Positions 30,837-39,806 of a stretch of 64,000 bases of DNA are shown here, piece after piece. The notes under the pieces are model-generated. The model worked only from the letters and a program-made list of their open reading frames with translations. It was not told the origin of the DNA and did not search any database. The stretch comes from a bacterium (GTDB taxonomy: Bacteria; Omnitrophota; Gorgyraeia; Zapsychrales; Zapsychraceae). The translations under genes and the position numbers were made by a program. The stretch covers positions 32,916-96,915 of the forward strand of contig JAUIER010000012.1 of the NCBI GenBank assembly GCA_030429765.1. Reading direction: 5' to 3'. The stretch's first letter is position 1, and every line of letters starts with the position of its first letter.

Positions 30837-31757
30837 ATGGCAAAGATAATTTCAGTTTGTAATCAAAAAGGTGGAACCGGAAAAACAACGACGGTTGTCA
30901 ATCTGGCTTCAGCTTTGGCTCAGTTAGGCAATCGTGTTTTGATCGTTGATGTTGATCCCCAAGGAAATGCCACCAGTGGCGTGGGTGTCAATAAGAGTGA
31001 GCTTAATAAAACGATTTACGAATTGTTGCTCAATCGGGCTACGGCTCGAGAGGTAATCCTCGAGAATGTCTATCCCAGTTTGGACATTATACCGTGTAAC
31101 ATCAATCTTACCGGGGCCGAAATAGAGTTGGTGGGTGCTATCGCCCGCGAAACCCGTCTGAAGAACGCGCTGGCTACGGTACAGGATCACTATGACTATA
31201 TTTTTACTGATTCGCCGCCTTCGCTTGGTCTTTTAACTCTTAATGCGTTAGTTGCCAGCAATTCTATTATTATTCCGATCCAATGTGAGTTTTACGCCCT
31301 TGAGGGTGTATCCCAGTTATTGAATACGTTGAATTTGATTCGCGAAGGTCTAAACCCTCGATTGTCGATTGAAGGTGTCTTGTTGACGATGGCCGACTAT
31401 CGAACGAATCTGACCAATGAGGTTATCACGGAGATCAAGTCCTACTTTAAAGATAAGGTGTACGAGACGATCATCCCACGAAATATTCGTCTGAGTGAGG
31501 CGCCTAGTCATGGTAAGCCGATCGCACTATACGATAGTAACTCGATTGGGGCCATTCGATACGCGGAATTGGCGCAAGAGGTATTAAGCGCCTCTCAGCC
31601 TCAATCTATCGTAACCTCTGAGAATCGGGTGGACGAAATATCAGATACAGAATCTACTACAGAAACGCCAACTGAACCTCAACCGGAAACACAGGCGGTT
31701 TCGGAATCAATTCAGGATGTACCTAAAGATCCGGTGAATCATGATAATGCAATATAA
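30837..31757 (+). CDS. parA: Chromosome partitioning ATPase ParA/Soj, with an acidic T/P/E-rich C-terminal tail of about 45 aa
   Basis: Deviant Walker A KGGTGKTTT. 306 aa. Confidence 0.9.
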   Translation: MAKIISVCNQKGGTGKTTTVVNLASALAQLGNRVLIVDVDPQGNATSGVGVNKSELNKTIYELLLNRATAREVILENVYPSLDIIPCNINLTGAEIELVGAIARETRLKNALATVQDHYDYIFTDSPPSLGLLTLNALVASNSIIIPIQCEFYALEGVSQLLNTLNLIREGLNPRLSIEGVLLTMADYRTNLTNEVITEIKSYFKDKVYETIIPRNIRLSEAPSHGKPIALYDSNSIGAIRYAELAQEVLSASQPQSIVTSENRVDEISDTESTTETPTEPQPETQAVSESIQDVPKDPVNHDNAI

Positions 31758-31787
31758 TGTTCAAATATTGAACAAAAGGAGTTGTTA

Positions 31788-32669
31788 ATGGATAATCGAG
31801 CTCTTGGAAAAGGGTTGTCAGCGTTGATTCCTGGTCACACAGAGACAGATGACCTTGACGATACACAGCGGGCAGCCTCCGCCGATGTTTTGACCGTCGA
31901 GACAAAGCTTATCAGCAACAATACCTTACAGCCTAGAATTGACTACGATGAAGAAAAATTGCTGGAACTGAAAAATTCTATTCGTGAACAGGGCGTGCTG
32001 CAACCGATCCTGGTTCGTGCCAAAGGTGATGGGTATGAGGTAGTAGCTGGAGAACGTCGACTCAAGGCCGCTCGATCGCTCAAGCTTGAGACCGTGCCAG
32101 TCATTATCAAGAATGTTACGGATAAAGAGGCATTAGAGATTGCGTTGGTTGAAAATATTCAACGTGAAGAATTGAATCCCATTGAGGAGGCCAAGGCTTT
32201 TCGTAAATTGATAGATGAGTTTCAGTATACACAAGAAGAAGTTGCTCAAGCCGTGGGTAAGGATCGCTCAACGATCACAAATTTATTACGTGTCTTGAAC
32301 CTGCCTGAGAATATTCAGCAAGGCGTGTTTGATGGTAAGATCAGTATGGGGCACGCCCGAACGTTGTTGGGGGTTGATTCACAAAATGAAAAGAACCGTC
32401 TGTTTGACTTGGTTGTTCAGGATGCATTATCGGTCCGTGAATTGGAAAATTTAGTCAAGGCGCAAGCGCCTCGGGATGCAGGACTTGGATCTCGACGGGT
32501 GAAGAAAGAAAAAACCAAAAATCATGAAATTATCGCCTTGGAAGAGGATCTGCAAAAGACCCTTGGTACCAAGGTTCGGGTGGATGCATCCAAAAAAAGA
32601 GGAAAGATTGTAATTGAATATTATTCGCTTGAAGACTTGCAGCGGGTGATTCAATTGATTCGCAAATGA
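31788..32669 (+). CDS. parB: Chromosome partitioning protein ParB/Spo0J
   Basis: ParB box (…GERRLKAA…) and HTH. The ATG at 31788 sits behind the RBS AAAGGA; the ORF track used a TTG at 31782. Confidence 0.9.
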   Translation: MDNRALGKGLSALIPGHTETDDLDDTQRAASADVLTVETKLISNNTLQPRIDYDEEKLLELKNSIREQGVLQPILVRAKGDGYEVVAGERRLKAARSLKLETVPVIIKNVTDKEALEIALVENIQREELNPIEEAKAFRKLIDEFQYTQEEVAQAVGKDRSTITNLLRVLNLPENIQQGVFDGKISMGHARTLLGVDSQNEKNRLFDLVVQDALSVRELENLVKAQAPRDAGLGSRRVKKEKTKNHEIIALEEDLQKTLGTKVRVDASKKRGKIVIEYYSLEDLQRVIQLIRK

Positions 32670-33166
32670 AAGAAGCAGCACTCGTACTTATCAAGCCGGA
32701 CGGCATTAGCAAGGGATTGACTGGGGCCGTTTTTACCAAATTTTCACAGGCTGATCTGGAGATCATTGGGATCAAAATTGCCAAGGCCTCACGTCCATTG
32801 GTCGAGAAGCATTACGAGCATCTCAAGGACGAACCTTTTTTTAAAGGTGTGATAGACTACCTCATGGGTAAGGGCTATAAGCGTAAGAAGCTTTTGGCCA
32901 TTATCTATTATGGGGAAGGCGCCATTAAAAAATGTCGCAAAATCGCTGGTGTTACAAATCCTGAGGAAGCTCACCCCTTTAGTATCAGAGGATCCTATGG
33001 CCGGATTACGACCAAGGGGTTATATGAGAATGTTGTGCATGTCTCCTCGAGCCGCCGGGACGCCAAGCGCGAAATTCAATTATGGTTCGAACCCGCCGAA
33101 ATCACCCGCGAGTTGTATCCTGAAAACAAGATTGTAGAGCAAGAGAAGAAGCGAGTCTGGAAATGA
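32666..33166 (+). CDS. ndk: Nucleoside diphosphate kinase
   Basis: NDK fold pattern (…LVLIKPDG…, …NVVHVSSS…). Confidence 0.8.
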   Translation: MKEAALVLIKPDGISKGLTGAVFTKFSQADLEIIGIKIAKASRPLVEKHYEHLKDEPFFKGVIDYLMGKGYKRKKLLAIIYYGEGAIKKCRKIAGVTNPEEAHPFSIRGSYGRITTKGLYENVVHVSSSRRDAKREIQLWFEPAEITRELYPENKIVEQEKKRVWK

Positions 33167-33984
33167 TCAAGGGAATGACCGGATTTGGCAGCGCCGAATG
33201 TACGTCTGGAAACGTAAAGGCCATCATTGAAATCAAGAGCGTTAACCATCGCTACTTTGATATCAACTATTATCTGCCGATTGGCTTTGGGTCGTTGGAG
33301 CGAAAGATCCAGCAACTGATCCGCACGCAGTTGCAGCGCGGCCGTGTCACTCTCTCTATCAAGATCACCGAAAAACCCAGCAGCACCATTGTCCTTCACA
33401 AAGATGTAGTTAAAAAACATCTCACGTATGCCAAACAATTGAAACGTGAATTCAAACTTGATAATGATCTCACCTTGTCCGACATTATTCGGTTACCGGG
33501 GGTTCTGGAATCCAAAGAGACTTTGGTACATCCAGACAAGATATGGCCAAGCTTAAAAAAATCTTTGACCAAGGCCGTGACTATGCTTGAGCAGATGCGT
33601 AAAAGCGAAGGCCGGAGTTTATGCACCGATGTCGGTAATCAACTCAAGAAAATGTCAACCCAAATACGGATGATTCAAACCCGTTCCAGGGTGATCCTCA
33701 AAGACAAAAAAAGTAAGCTCACCGTAGAAGAATTTTCTTCGGTCCAGAAAAGTCTGGACATCAACGAAGAACTAGCACGTCTTAAACATTATATTCAGGA
33801 AGTCAAAGCCCTGCTGAAATCCAGTGTTCCCGTCGGGAAGAAGGTGGATTTTATTGCTCAGGAGATGCAGCGCGAAACCAACACCATTGGATCAAAGCTT
33901 CAAGACGGAGTGGTGTCTAATGCGGTGATCTCTATTAAAAGCAAGATTGAAAAGATCCGTGAGCAGGCCCAGAATATTGAATAA
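33163..33984 (+). CDS. YicC family stress-induced protein (TIGR00255)
   Basis: N-terminal MTGFG… YicC_N motif. Located upstream of gmk-rpoZ, as in many bacteria. Confidence 0.8.
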   Translation: MIKGMTGFGSAECTSGNVKAIIEIKSVNHRYFDINYYLPIGFGSLERKIQQLIRTQLQRGRVTLSIKITEKPSSTIVLHKDVVKKHLTYAKQLKREFKLDNDLTLSDIIRLPGVLESKETLVHPDKIWPSLKKSLTKAVTMLEQMRKSEGRSLCTDVGNQLKKMSTQIRMIQTRSRVILKDKKSKLTVEEFSSVQKSLDINEELARLKHYIQEVKALLKSSVPVGKKVDFIAQEMQRETNTIGSKLQDGVVSNAVISIKSKIEKIREQAQNIE

Positions 33985-34036
33985 GCGCATCCTTTGGATA
34001 AATCAACATCGCCGGATGTTGTAAGCGGATAATTAA

Positions 34037-34600
34037 ATGAGTCGAGGCAAAATTATTATTTTATCGGGACCATCTGGATCCGGTAAAACCACCCTGTATC
34101 AAAAGCTTCTCAAAACCAACGCGCATCTCTCCAAATCCATTTCAGTGACGACCCGGTCCAAACGGCCGGGCGAGGTTCACGGTAAGGATTATTTTTTTGT
34201 CAGTCCAAAGATGTTTGAATACAAAATTCGTATGGGACATTTTTTGGAGTATGAGAAATTTTTTGGTAACTATTATGGAACACCCCGCCGTTATGTTTTG
34301 GATTTGTTGCGTAAAGGCCAGTCCGTATTACTTTGCATTGATGTTAAGGGGGCCGAAACGGTCAAAAAGAATCACCGGGAGGCGGTCCGTATCTTTATCA
34401 AAACGCCAACCATCCAGGATTTAAAGGATCGACTGCTCAAGCGCGGATCTGAGGACTTGGAAACCATTCAGAAACGTCTCGACCGGGTGGAAATGGAGCT
34501 CAAACAGGCCAGGCACTATGACTATGTCATTATCAATGCCAATCTGAACACGGCTCAGGGGGAGTTAAATCGAATTGTCCGGGAGATCACCGCCGGATAA
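34037..34600 (+). CDS. gmk: Guanylate kinase
   Basis: P-loop GPSGSGKTT. 187 aa. Confidence 0.9.
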   Translation: MSRGKIIILSGPSGSGKTTLYQKLLKTNAHLSKSISVTTRSKRPGEVHGKDYFFVSPKMFEYKIRMGHFLEYEKFFGNYYGTPRRYVLDLLRKGQSVLLCIDVKGAETVKKNHREAVRIFIKTPTIQDLKDRLLKRGSEDLETIQKRLDRVEMELKQARHYDYVIINANLNTAQGELNRIVREITAG

Positions 34601-34679
34601 ACTGTGGTTGGATATCCTAAACCTTAGAATGAGCTATATTTAAGGAAAATGGCCGCCAAAAATCAGCCGTAACTTTCTT

Positions 34680-34714
34680 TTGACAATCTTTCAAGGTTGT
34701 GATAAATTATTGCC
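34680..34714 (+). promoter_or_regulatory. Candidate promoter upstream of rpoZ (TTGACA, 17 nt, TG-extended TAAATT-like -10)
   Basis: By eye. Weak -10. Confidence 0.25.
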
Positions 34715-34787
34715 CATTATATTTGAATATATAATAGGCATTTTTTATTAATATATACGAAGACCTGACTTTAGGAGGCAATCCCGA

Positions 34788-35048
34788 ATGGCTCAACAAC
34801 CCATAGAAGAACTTTTACCGAAGGCAAATTATAGTGTGTATCGTCTGGTTAGAATGGCTGCAAATCGTGCGTTGGAATTAGCTGACGGCAAGCCTCCGTT
34901 GATCAAAAATCCGGGTACGGATAAACTGACATCGATTGCGCTAGAGGAAATTTATCAAGGGCGAATTTTGACTCCGGAAGCCGCTGAAAATGCCGAAGAG
35001 CATCAGAAAAAGGCGGATATCGAAGAGAGCAAAGAGTCGGATGAGTAG
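34788..35048 (+). CDS. rpoZ: DNA-directed RNA polymerase subunit omega
   Basis: N-terminal omega motif (…NYSVYRLVRMAANRALEL…). Confidence 0.8.
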   Translation: MAQQPIEELLPKANYSVYRLVRMAANRALELADGKPPLIKNPGTDKLTSIALEEIYQGRILTPEAAENAEEHQKKADIEESKESDE

Positions 35049-35053
35049 GTTTT

Positions 35054-35599
35054 GTGAGTAAAAAGTCCAGAGTTATTTTAGGAGTCACCGGCAGTATTGC
35101 CGCGTATCGTGCGGCGGATTTAACCAGGGGATTAATCGACAAGGGGTTAAGGGTTTCGGTGGTGATGACCAAGTCCGCCGAGCGTTTTATAACCCCTTTG
35201 ACTTTTTCCAGTTTAAGTGGTGAACGGGTTTACCGTTCGATGTTTGACAAGCAGAGTGATCCGTCTCAAATGGATCATATTGAGTTAGCGAAGTCAGCAG
35301 ATGTTCTTTTGATAGCACCCGCGACGGCTGATACCATTGCCCGGATCGCGGGAGGGTTTGCGGATGATTTGTTAGCATGTGTAGCCATGGGGACGCGGGC
35401 ACCGATCCTGATTGTCCCCGCCATGAACACAAACATGTACCAGAATCCAATTGTTCAGAGTAATATTCAGAAACTTAAGGATATTGGCGTAAAATTTATC
35501 GACCCCAAAAAAGGCAAACTGGCCTGTGGGGATTACGGTGACGGGCATATCGCGGACGAACAGACAATCATTGAGGCCGTACTTGACGTTTTGAAGTGA
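35054..35599 (+). CDS. Phosphopantothenoylcysteine decarboxylase-type flavoprotein (standalone CoaC-like)
   Basis: Flavoprotein motifs (…ILGVTGSIAAYRA…, …PAMNTNM…). 181 aa with no CoaB domain. Confidence 0.75.
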   Translation: MSKKSRVILGVTGSIAAYRAADLTRGLIDKGLRVSVVMTKSAERFITPLTFSSLSGERVYRSMFDKQSDPSQMDHIELAKSADVLLIAPATADTIARIAGGFADDLLACVAMGTRAPILIVPAMNTNMYQNPIVQSNIQKLKDIGVKFIDPKKGKLACGDYGDGHIADEQTIIEAVLDVLK

Positions 35600-35605
35600 C
35601 ATTGC

Positions 35606-35677
35606 GGCGTGGTGGCCAAGTGGTAAGGCGGGGGCCTGCAAAGCCCTTATTCACCGGTTCGATTCCGGTCCACGCCT
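35606..35677 (+). tRNA. tRNA-Cys (GCA)
   Basis: Acceptor GGCGTGG/CCACGCC, anticodon loop CTGCAAA, T-arm CCGGTTCGATTCCGG. No encoded CCA. Followed by a T-run. Confidence 0.85.
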
Positions 35678-35704
35678 TTTTTGTTCTGATACAATTGATT
35701 TGTT

Positions 35705-35787
35705 GGGCAAGTGGTGGAATGGCATACACGTTGGACTTAAAATCCAATGACCGTAAGGTCGTGTGGGTTCGACTCCCACCTTGCCCA
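35705..35787 (+). tRNA. tRNA-Leu (TAA), type II with long variable arm
   Basis: Acceptor GGGCAAG/CTTGCCC, anticodon loop CTTAAAA, variable arm GACCGTAAGGTC. Confidence 0.85.
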
Positions 35788-35809
35788 CATTAGAGATTTA
35801 CAAAATTAC

Positions 35810-35886
35810 GGACCCGTAGCTCAGTTGGTTAGAGTACTACCTTGACATGGTAGGGGTCACAAGTTCGAATCTTGTCGGGTCCACCA
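35810..35886 (+). tRNA. tRNA-Val (GAC), CCA encoded
   Basis: Acceptor GGACCCG/CGGGTCC, anticodon loop TTGACAT, T-arm CAAGTTCGAATCTTG. Confidence 0.85.
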
Positions 35887-35912
35887 TTTATCTAATTCCA
35901 ATAAAGGAGAAC

Positions 35913-36473
35913 ATGATGAAAAAATTGGGTATGACACTTGCCGTATGTGCGGCCTTAACCATTGCGGTTTCAAAACCGGCAATGGCGGATGAAGCGTCAC
36001 ACAAAAAAGCCACGGTTGATTTACTTAAACTGTTAAAGATTGATACACAAATCGGTGCGATGGTTGACAACATGAGAGAATCAGCCACGGCACAATTGGA
36101 CGCACAAAATTTCCCAGCCGAATTGGGACAAAAGTTTGAAAAAGTTATCAACAAGCAATTTGACCTGATCAATGACGAAATCGGATGGGACAAGATCAGC
36201 GGCGAGTACATCTCCCTATATATGGAAATGTTCACGGAAGAAGAAATTGTTCAGCTCAACAATTTTTACAAGACAGATTTAGGACAAAAATTGGTCGACA
36301 AAATGCCGGAACTTTTTGCCCGAGGGATGGAAATCGGCCAACGACGAATGATGTCAAAGCAAGTAGAAATCCAACAGACAATGGCTGAGGAATGGAAAAA
36401 TTTTGAGGCGTCCCTGACAGAAGAAGAGCGGGAACTGCTAGAGAAAAATTTGCCAGCAGGTTATGGACTATAA
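35913..36473 (+). CDS. Secreted DUF2059-like protein. Start refined to MMKKLGM behind the RBS AAGGAGA.
   Basis: Signal peptide ending AMA-DE. The ORF track's 35847 start overlaps tRNA-Val. Confidence 0.55.
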   Translation: MMKKLGMTLAVCAALTIAVSKPAMADEASHKKATVDLLKLLKIDTQIGAMVDNMRESATAQLDAQNFPAELGQKFEKVINKQFDLINDEIGWDKISGEYISLYMEMFTEEEIVQLNNFYKTDLGQKLVDKMPELFARGMEIGQRRMMSKQVEIQQTMAEEWKNFEASLTEEERELLEKNLPAGYGL

Positions 36474-38193
36474 GACAGACCTAGATAAACTCAGACATAG
36501 CTGTTCTCATATCATGGCTCAGGCTGTTCAGGAGCTATGGCCGGAAACCAAAGTCACCATTGGACCGGCGATCGATAACGGGTTCTATTATGATTTTGAT
36601 AAACCGGAACCATTTACCGATCAAGATTTGAAGAAAATTGAAAAGCGTATGCGCAAGATTATTGAACGCAAACCGGCGTTCAAGCAATCGTTCATGCCGC
36701 GAGAGGAAGCGATTCAGTTCTTTCATGATAAGAACGAGTCGTATAAAGTTGAGCTCATTGAAAACCTAAACGATGATCAAGTATCCATTTTTCACACCGG
36801 TGATGAATGGATGGATCTGTGTAAAGGACCGCACATCGAGAATGCGGGGGCCATCAAGGCTTTTAAGCTATTGTCGGTGGCGGGCGCTTACTGGCGCGGT
36901 GATGAAAATCGCGAACAGCTTCAGCGGATTTATGGAACGGCATTTGAGAGCAAAGAAGAACTGGATGCCTATCTGAATATGCTGGAAGAAGCGCAAAAGC
37001 GGGATCACCGTAAGTTAGGGCCGCAGTTAGACCTTTACAATATTTACCAGGAAGAAGCCGGCGCCGGGTTGATTTTTTATCCGCCGGCAGGAGCGACACT
37101 CCGCAATATTTTGGAGAATTATATCCGCGAGGAAAATTCCAAAAGGGGATATGAATTGGTCATGACACCGCATCTTCTGCGAGGCAAGCTTTGGGACCAA
37201 AGCGGTCACTCGGGGCATTATAAAGAGAACATGTATTACCTCGACATAGACAATGAAGAATATGCGGTTAAGCCGATGAATTGTCCAGGGCATAATTTGA
37301 TCTACAATTCGAAAGTCCGATCTTACCGTGAGCTTCCAATTCGATTTTTCGAATTGGGTACGGTATATCGTCAGGAGAAGGCCGGGGTTTTACACGGTTT
37401 GCTGAGGGTTCGCGGATTCACTCAAGATGATGCTCACATTTATTGCCGTGAAGATCAGCTCAAAGATGAGATCAAGAGTGTGATCGATTTTGTCTTTAGT
37501 ATCTCTAATGATTTTGGTTTTAAAGATATCGAGATTGAGCTGAGTACACAGCCGGAAAAATTTATCGGCGATCAAAAAAATTGGGATCATGCCACGGATA
37601 CACTTAAAGCCGCGTTAACCGAAAAAGATATTGAATTCAAGATCAATGAGGGTGACGGCGCGTTTTACGGACCCAAGATTGATTTCAAGCTCCGCGACGC
37701 CTTAAACCGCGAATGGCAATGTGCCACCATTCAATGTGATTTTTCATTGCCGGAGCGTTTCAATTTGACGTATGCGGATGATCAGGGCAATAAAGTTCGG
37801 CCGATTATGATTCACCGGGCGATCCTGGGAAGTGTGGAGCGTTTTTTAGGCACATTGATCGAACATTACGCCGGCGCGTTTCCAGCCTGGCTGGCGCCGA
37901 CACAGGCGATAATCATACCGATCAAGGATTCCCATGAGGAGTATGCCGCACAGCTTCGAGAAAATTTACAAAATCAAGGGTTTAGGGTTATAGTTGATCG
38001 CCGTAACGAAGGATTGGGCAAGAAGATTCGAGAGGGTACCATCAAGAAAGTCCCATATTTGCTTATTATCGGGGATAAGGAAATTGAGGAAAATAAGGTT
38101 GCGATAAGAAAGTATGGAAAAGGAGACATTGGATCTTTTTCCGTTGAGGAATTTATTCAAACATTAGAACAAGAAATACGGGATAAAAAGTAA
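36463..38193 (+). CDS. thrS: Threonyl-tRNA synthetase (no N-terminal TGS domain)
   Basis: HSCSH editing/zinc motif near the N-terminus. Class II catalytic core and anticodon-binding domain. thrS-infC-rpmI-rplT synteny. Confidence 0.9.
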   Translation: MDYKTDLDKLRHSCSHIMAQAVQELWPETKVTIGPAIDNGFYYDFDKPEPFTDQDLKKIEKRMRKIIERKPAFKQSFMPREEAIQFFHDKNESYKVELIENLNDDQVSIFHTGDEWMDLCKGPHIENAGAIKAFKLLSVAGAYWRGDENREQLQRIYGTAFESKEELDAYLNMLEEAQKRDHRKLGPQLDLYNIYQEEAGAGLIFYPPAGATLRNILENYIREENSKRGYELVMTPHLLRGKLWDQSGHSGHYKENMYYLDIDNEEYAVKPMNCPGHNLIYNSKVRSYRELPIRFFELGTVYRQEKAGVLHGLLRVRGFTQDDAHIYCREDQLKDEIKSVIDFVFSISNDFGFKDIEIELSTQPEKFIGDQKNWDHATDTLKAALTEKDIEFKINEGDGAFYGPKIDFKLRDALNREWQCATIQCDFSLPERFNLTYADDQGNKVRPIMIHRAILGSVERFLGTLIEHYAGAFPAWLAPTQAIIIPIKDSHEEYAAQLRENLQNQGFRVIVDRRNEGLGKKIREGTIKKVPYLLIIGDKEIEENKVAIRKYGKGDIGSFSVEEFIQTLEQEIRDKK

Positions 38194-38209
38194 TTACGGA
38201 GGTGTAGCT

Positions 38210-38728
38210 ATTAGAAAATTTACACGAGTTAATCAGCGTATTAAGGCCTCGGAAGTCCGGGTTATTGGACCGGACTCGGAGCAGTTAGGTGTAGTGGCAT
38301 TAAGCCGGGCCTTAGATTTAGCTCAGGAACATGATCTTGATCTGGTTGAAATTGCACCAACGGCCAACCCGCCGGTTTGCCGAATTATGGATTACAGCAA
38401 ATTTAAATACGATCAAGAGAAGAAAGAACGCCGAATCAAGAAAAATCAGCATGTGACGCATCTGAAACAAATTCGTTTGAAGCCGCATATTGGAGACGCC
38501 GATTATGAAATGAAGATGAGACAGGCCGCTGGTTTTCTTAAAAAGAAAGACAAAGTCAAGGCGAATATGTTTTTCCGCGGACGGGAGATGATGCACCGGG
38601 AACTCGGACGGGAAATTCTGGATCGCTTGATTGTTGATTTAGCGGAATTTGGAACACCGGAACGTGCTCCATCCATGGAAGGCCGGGTCATGTCGGTGCT
38701 TTTCAATCCGATATCCGATAAAAAATAA
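38210..38728 (+). CDS. infC: Translation initiation factor IF-3, ATT start codon
   Basis: In-frame extension upstream of the first ATG reads IRKFTRVNQRIKASEVRVIGPDSEQLGVV, a conserved IF3 N-terminus. ATT/AUU start is the classic autoregulatory feature. Confidence 0.8.
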   Translation: MRKFTRVNQRIKASEVRVIGPDSEQLGVVALSRALDLAQEHDLDLVEIAPTANPPVCRIMDYSKFKYDQEKKERRIKKNQHVTHLKQIRLKPHIGDADYEMKMRQAAGFLKKKDKVKANMFFRGREMMHRELGREILDRLIVDLAEFGTPERAPSMEGRVMSVLFNPISDKK

Positions 38729-38795
38729 ATTTAGTTACAGCATAAATCATTGCGCGTTTTTATGCAGGAACGGTTTAGAGGGAGGAACCAAAATC

Positions 38796-38993
38796 ATGCC
38801 AAAGTTAAAGACGAACAGATCTGCGGCAAAACGTTTTAAGATTACCAAGAGCGGTAAGATCAAAAAACGTAGTGCAAGGCGGGGACATATATTGGGAAAA
38901 ATGAGTCGAAAAGCAAAACGAAATTTGCGTCAAAGCAGCTATTTATCCGACGCGGATTCGAAGAAGATAAGGAGGCTTCTGCCTTATGGTTAG
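38796..38993 (+). CDS. rpmI: 50S ribosomal protein L35
   Basis: MPKLKTNRSAAKRFKITKSGKIKKR…, 65 aa. Confidence 0.9.
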   Translation: MPKLKTNRSAAKRFKITKSGKIKKRSARRGHILGKMSRKAKRNLRQSSYLSDADSKKIRRLLPYG

Positions 38994-39657
38994 AATTAAA
39001 ACATCGGTTGCGTCGCACAGACGAAGAAAGCGTGTCTTAAAAGATGCGAAGGGGCAGTTCGGACAAAGAAGCCGGAACTTCACACAAGCCAAACGGTCGG
39101 TCATCAAAGGTTTAGTCTACGAGTACCGTGACCGTAAGGTTAAAAAGCGTGAATTTCGCCGATTATGGATCATTCGAATCAATGCCGCATGCGCGGAAGA
39201 AGGTATCAAGTACAGCCGCTTCATTAAAGGGTTGTCAGATGCGAATGTCGAAATCAATCGAAAGGCCATCGCCGAATTGGCTGTAAGTTCTCCAGAGGCA
39301 TTCAAGGAACTGGTCAAGATCGCACAAAACGGATCGTCAGCGGCGCCAAAGAAAAAAGAAGCCCCGGCCAAGCCAAAAGCCAAAAAGGCCGACTTTGTTG
39401 ATGCCATCGTTTTAATCGATGGAATCGGACCCAAGGCGGAAAAAACATTGGCCGATCAGGGAATCACGAAGCTAACTCAATTGGTGAAGATGTCCGATAA
39501 GGAAATCGCGGAGTTGGAAGAAGCCATTGGGAAGCCTGGTATCGTCGAAAAGGAAGAATGGATTGTCCAGGCCAAAGAAATGATCGGTGGAGCAGAACCG
39601 CGGGCGCAGGTTGATAAGGATCTGGCCGCGAAAATGCGAAAAGCTGCCGAAAAATAG
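38986..39657 (+). CDS. rplT: 50S ribosomal protein L20 with a C-terminal HhH-like extension of about 100 aa
   Basis: The N-terminal 118 aa are a canonical L20. The extension holds a Lys/Ala/Pro linker and LIDGIGPKAEKTLADQGITKLTQL (helix-hairpin-helix-like). Confidence 0.85.
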   Translation: MVRIKTSVASHRRRKRVLKDAKGQFGQRSRNFTQAKRSVIKGLVYEYRDRKVKKREFRRLWIIRINAACAEEGIKYSRFIKGLSDANVEINRKAIAELAVSSPEAFKELVKIAQNGSSAAPKKKEAPAKPKAKKADFVDAIVLIDGIGPKAEKTLADQGITKLTQLVKMSDKEIAELEEAIGKPGIVEKEEWIVQAKEMIGGAEPRAQVDKDLAAKMRKAAEK

Positions 39658-39683
39658 TATCATTATAGAAATCAAAAATCAGA

Positions 39684-39716
39684 TTGGGCCCTTAATTTAA
39701 GGGCCCAATTTATTTA
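39684..39716 (+). terminator. Rho-independent terminator after rplT
   Basis: GGGCCCTTA-ATT-TAAGGGCCC stem-loop followed by AATTTATTTAT. Confidence 0.6.
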
Positions 39717-39806
39717 TAGGGACAATTTACCGGAATAGAGTTGTCCGGACTTTTTTTCTATATTAGAATTTATAGATTAACAGCAGTCTGTATACCCAAT
39801 TAAAAT

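Noticed and set aside
35847-35912. ORF-track start at 35847 for the DUF2059-like gene
   Set aside because: It overlaps tRNA-Val. The RBS-preceded MMKKLGM at 35913 starts the signal peptide.
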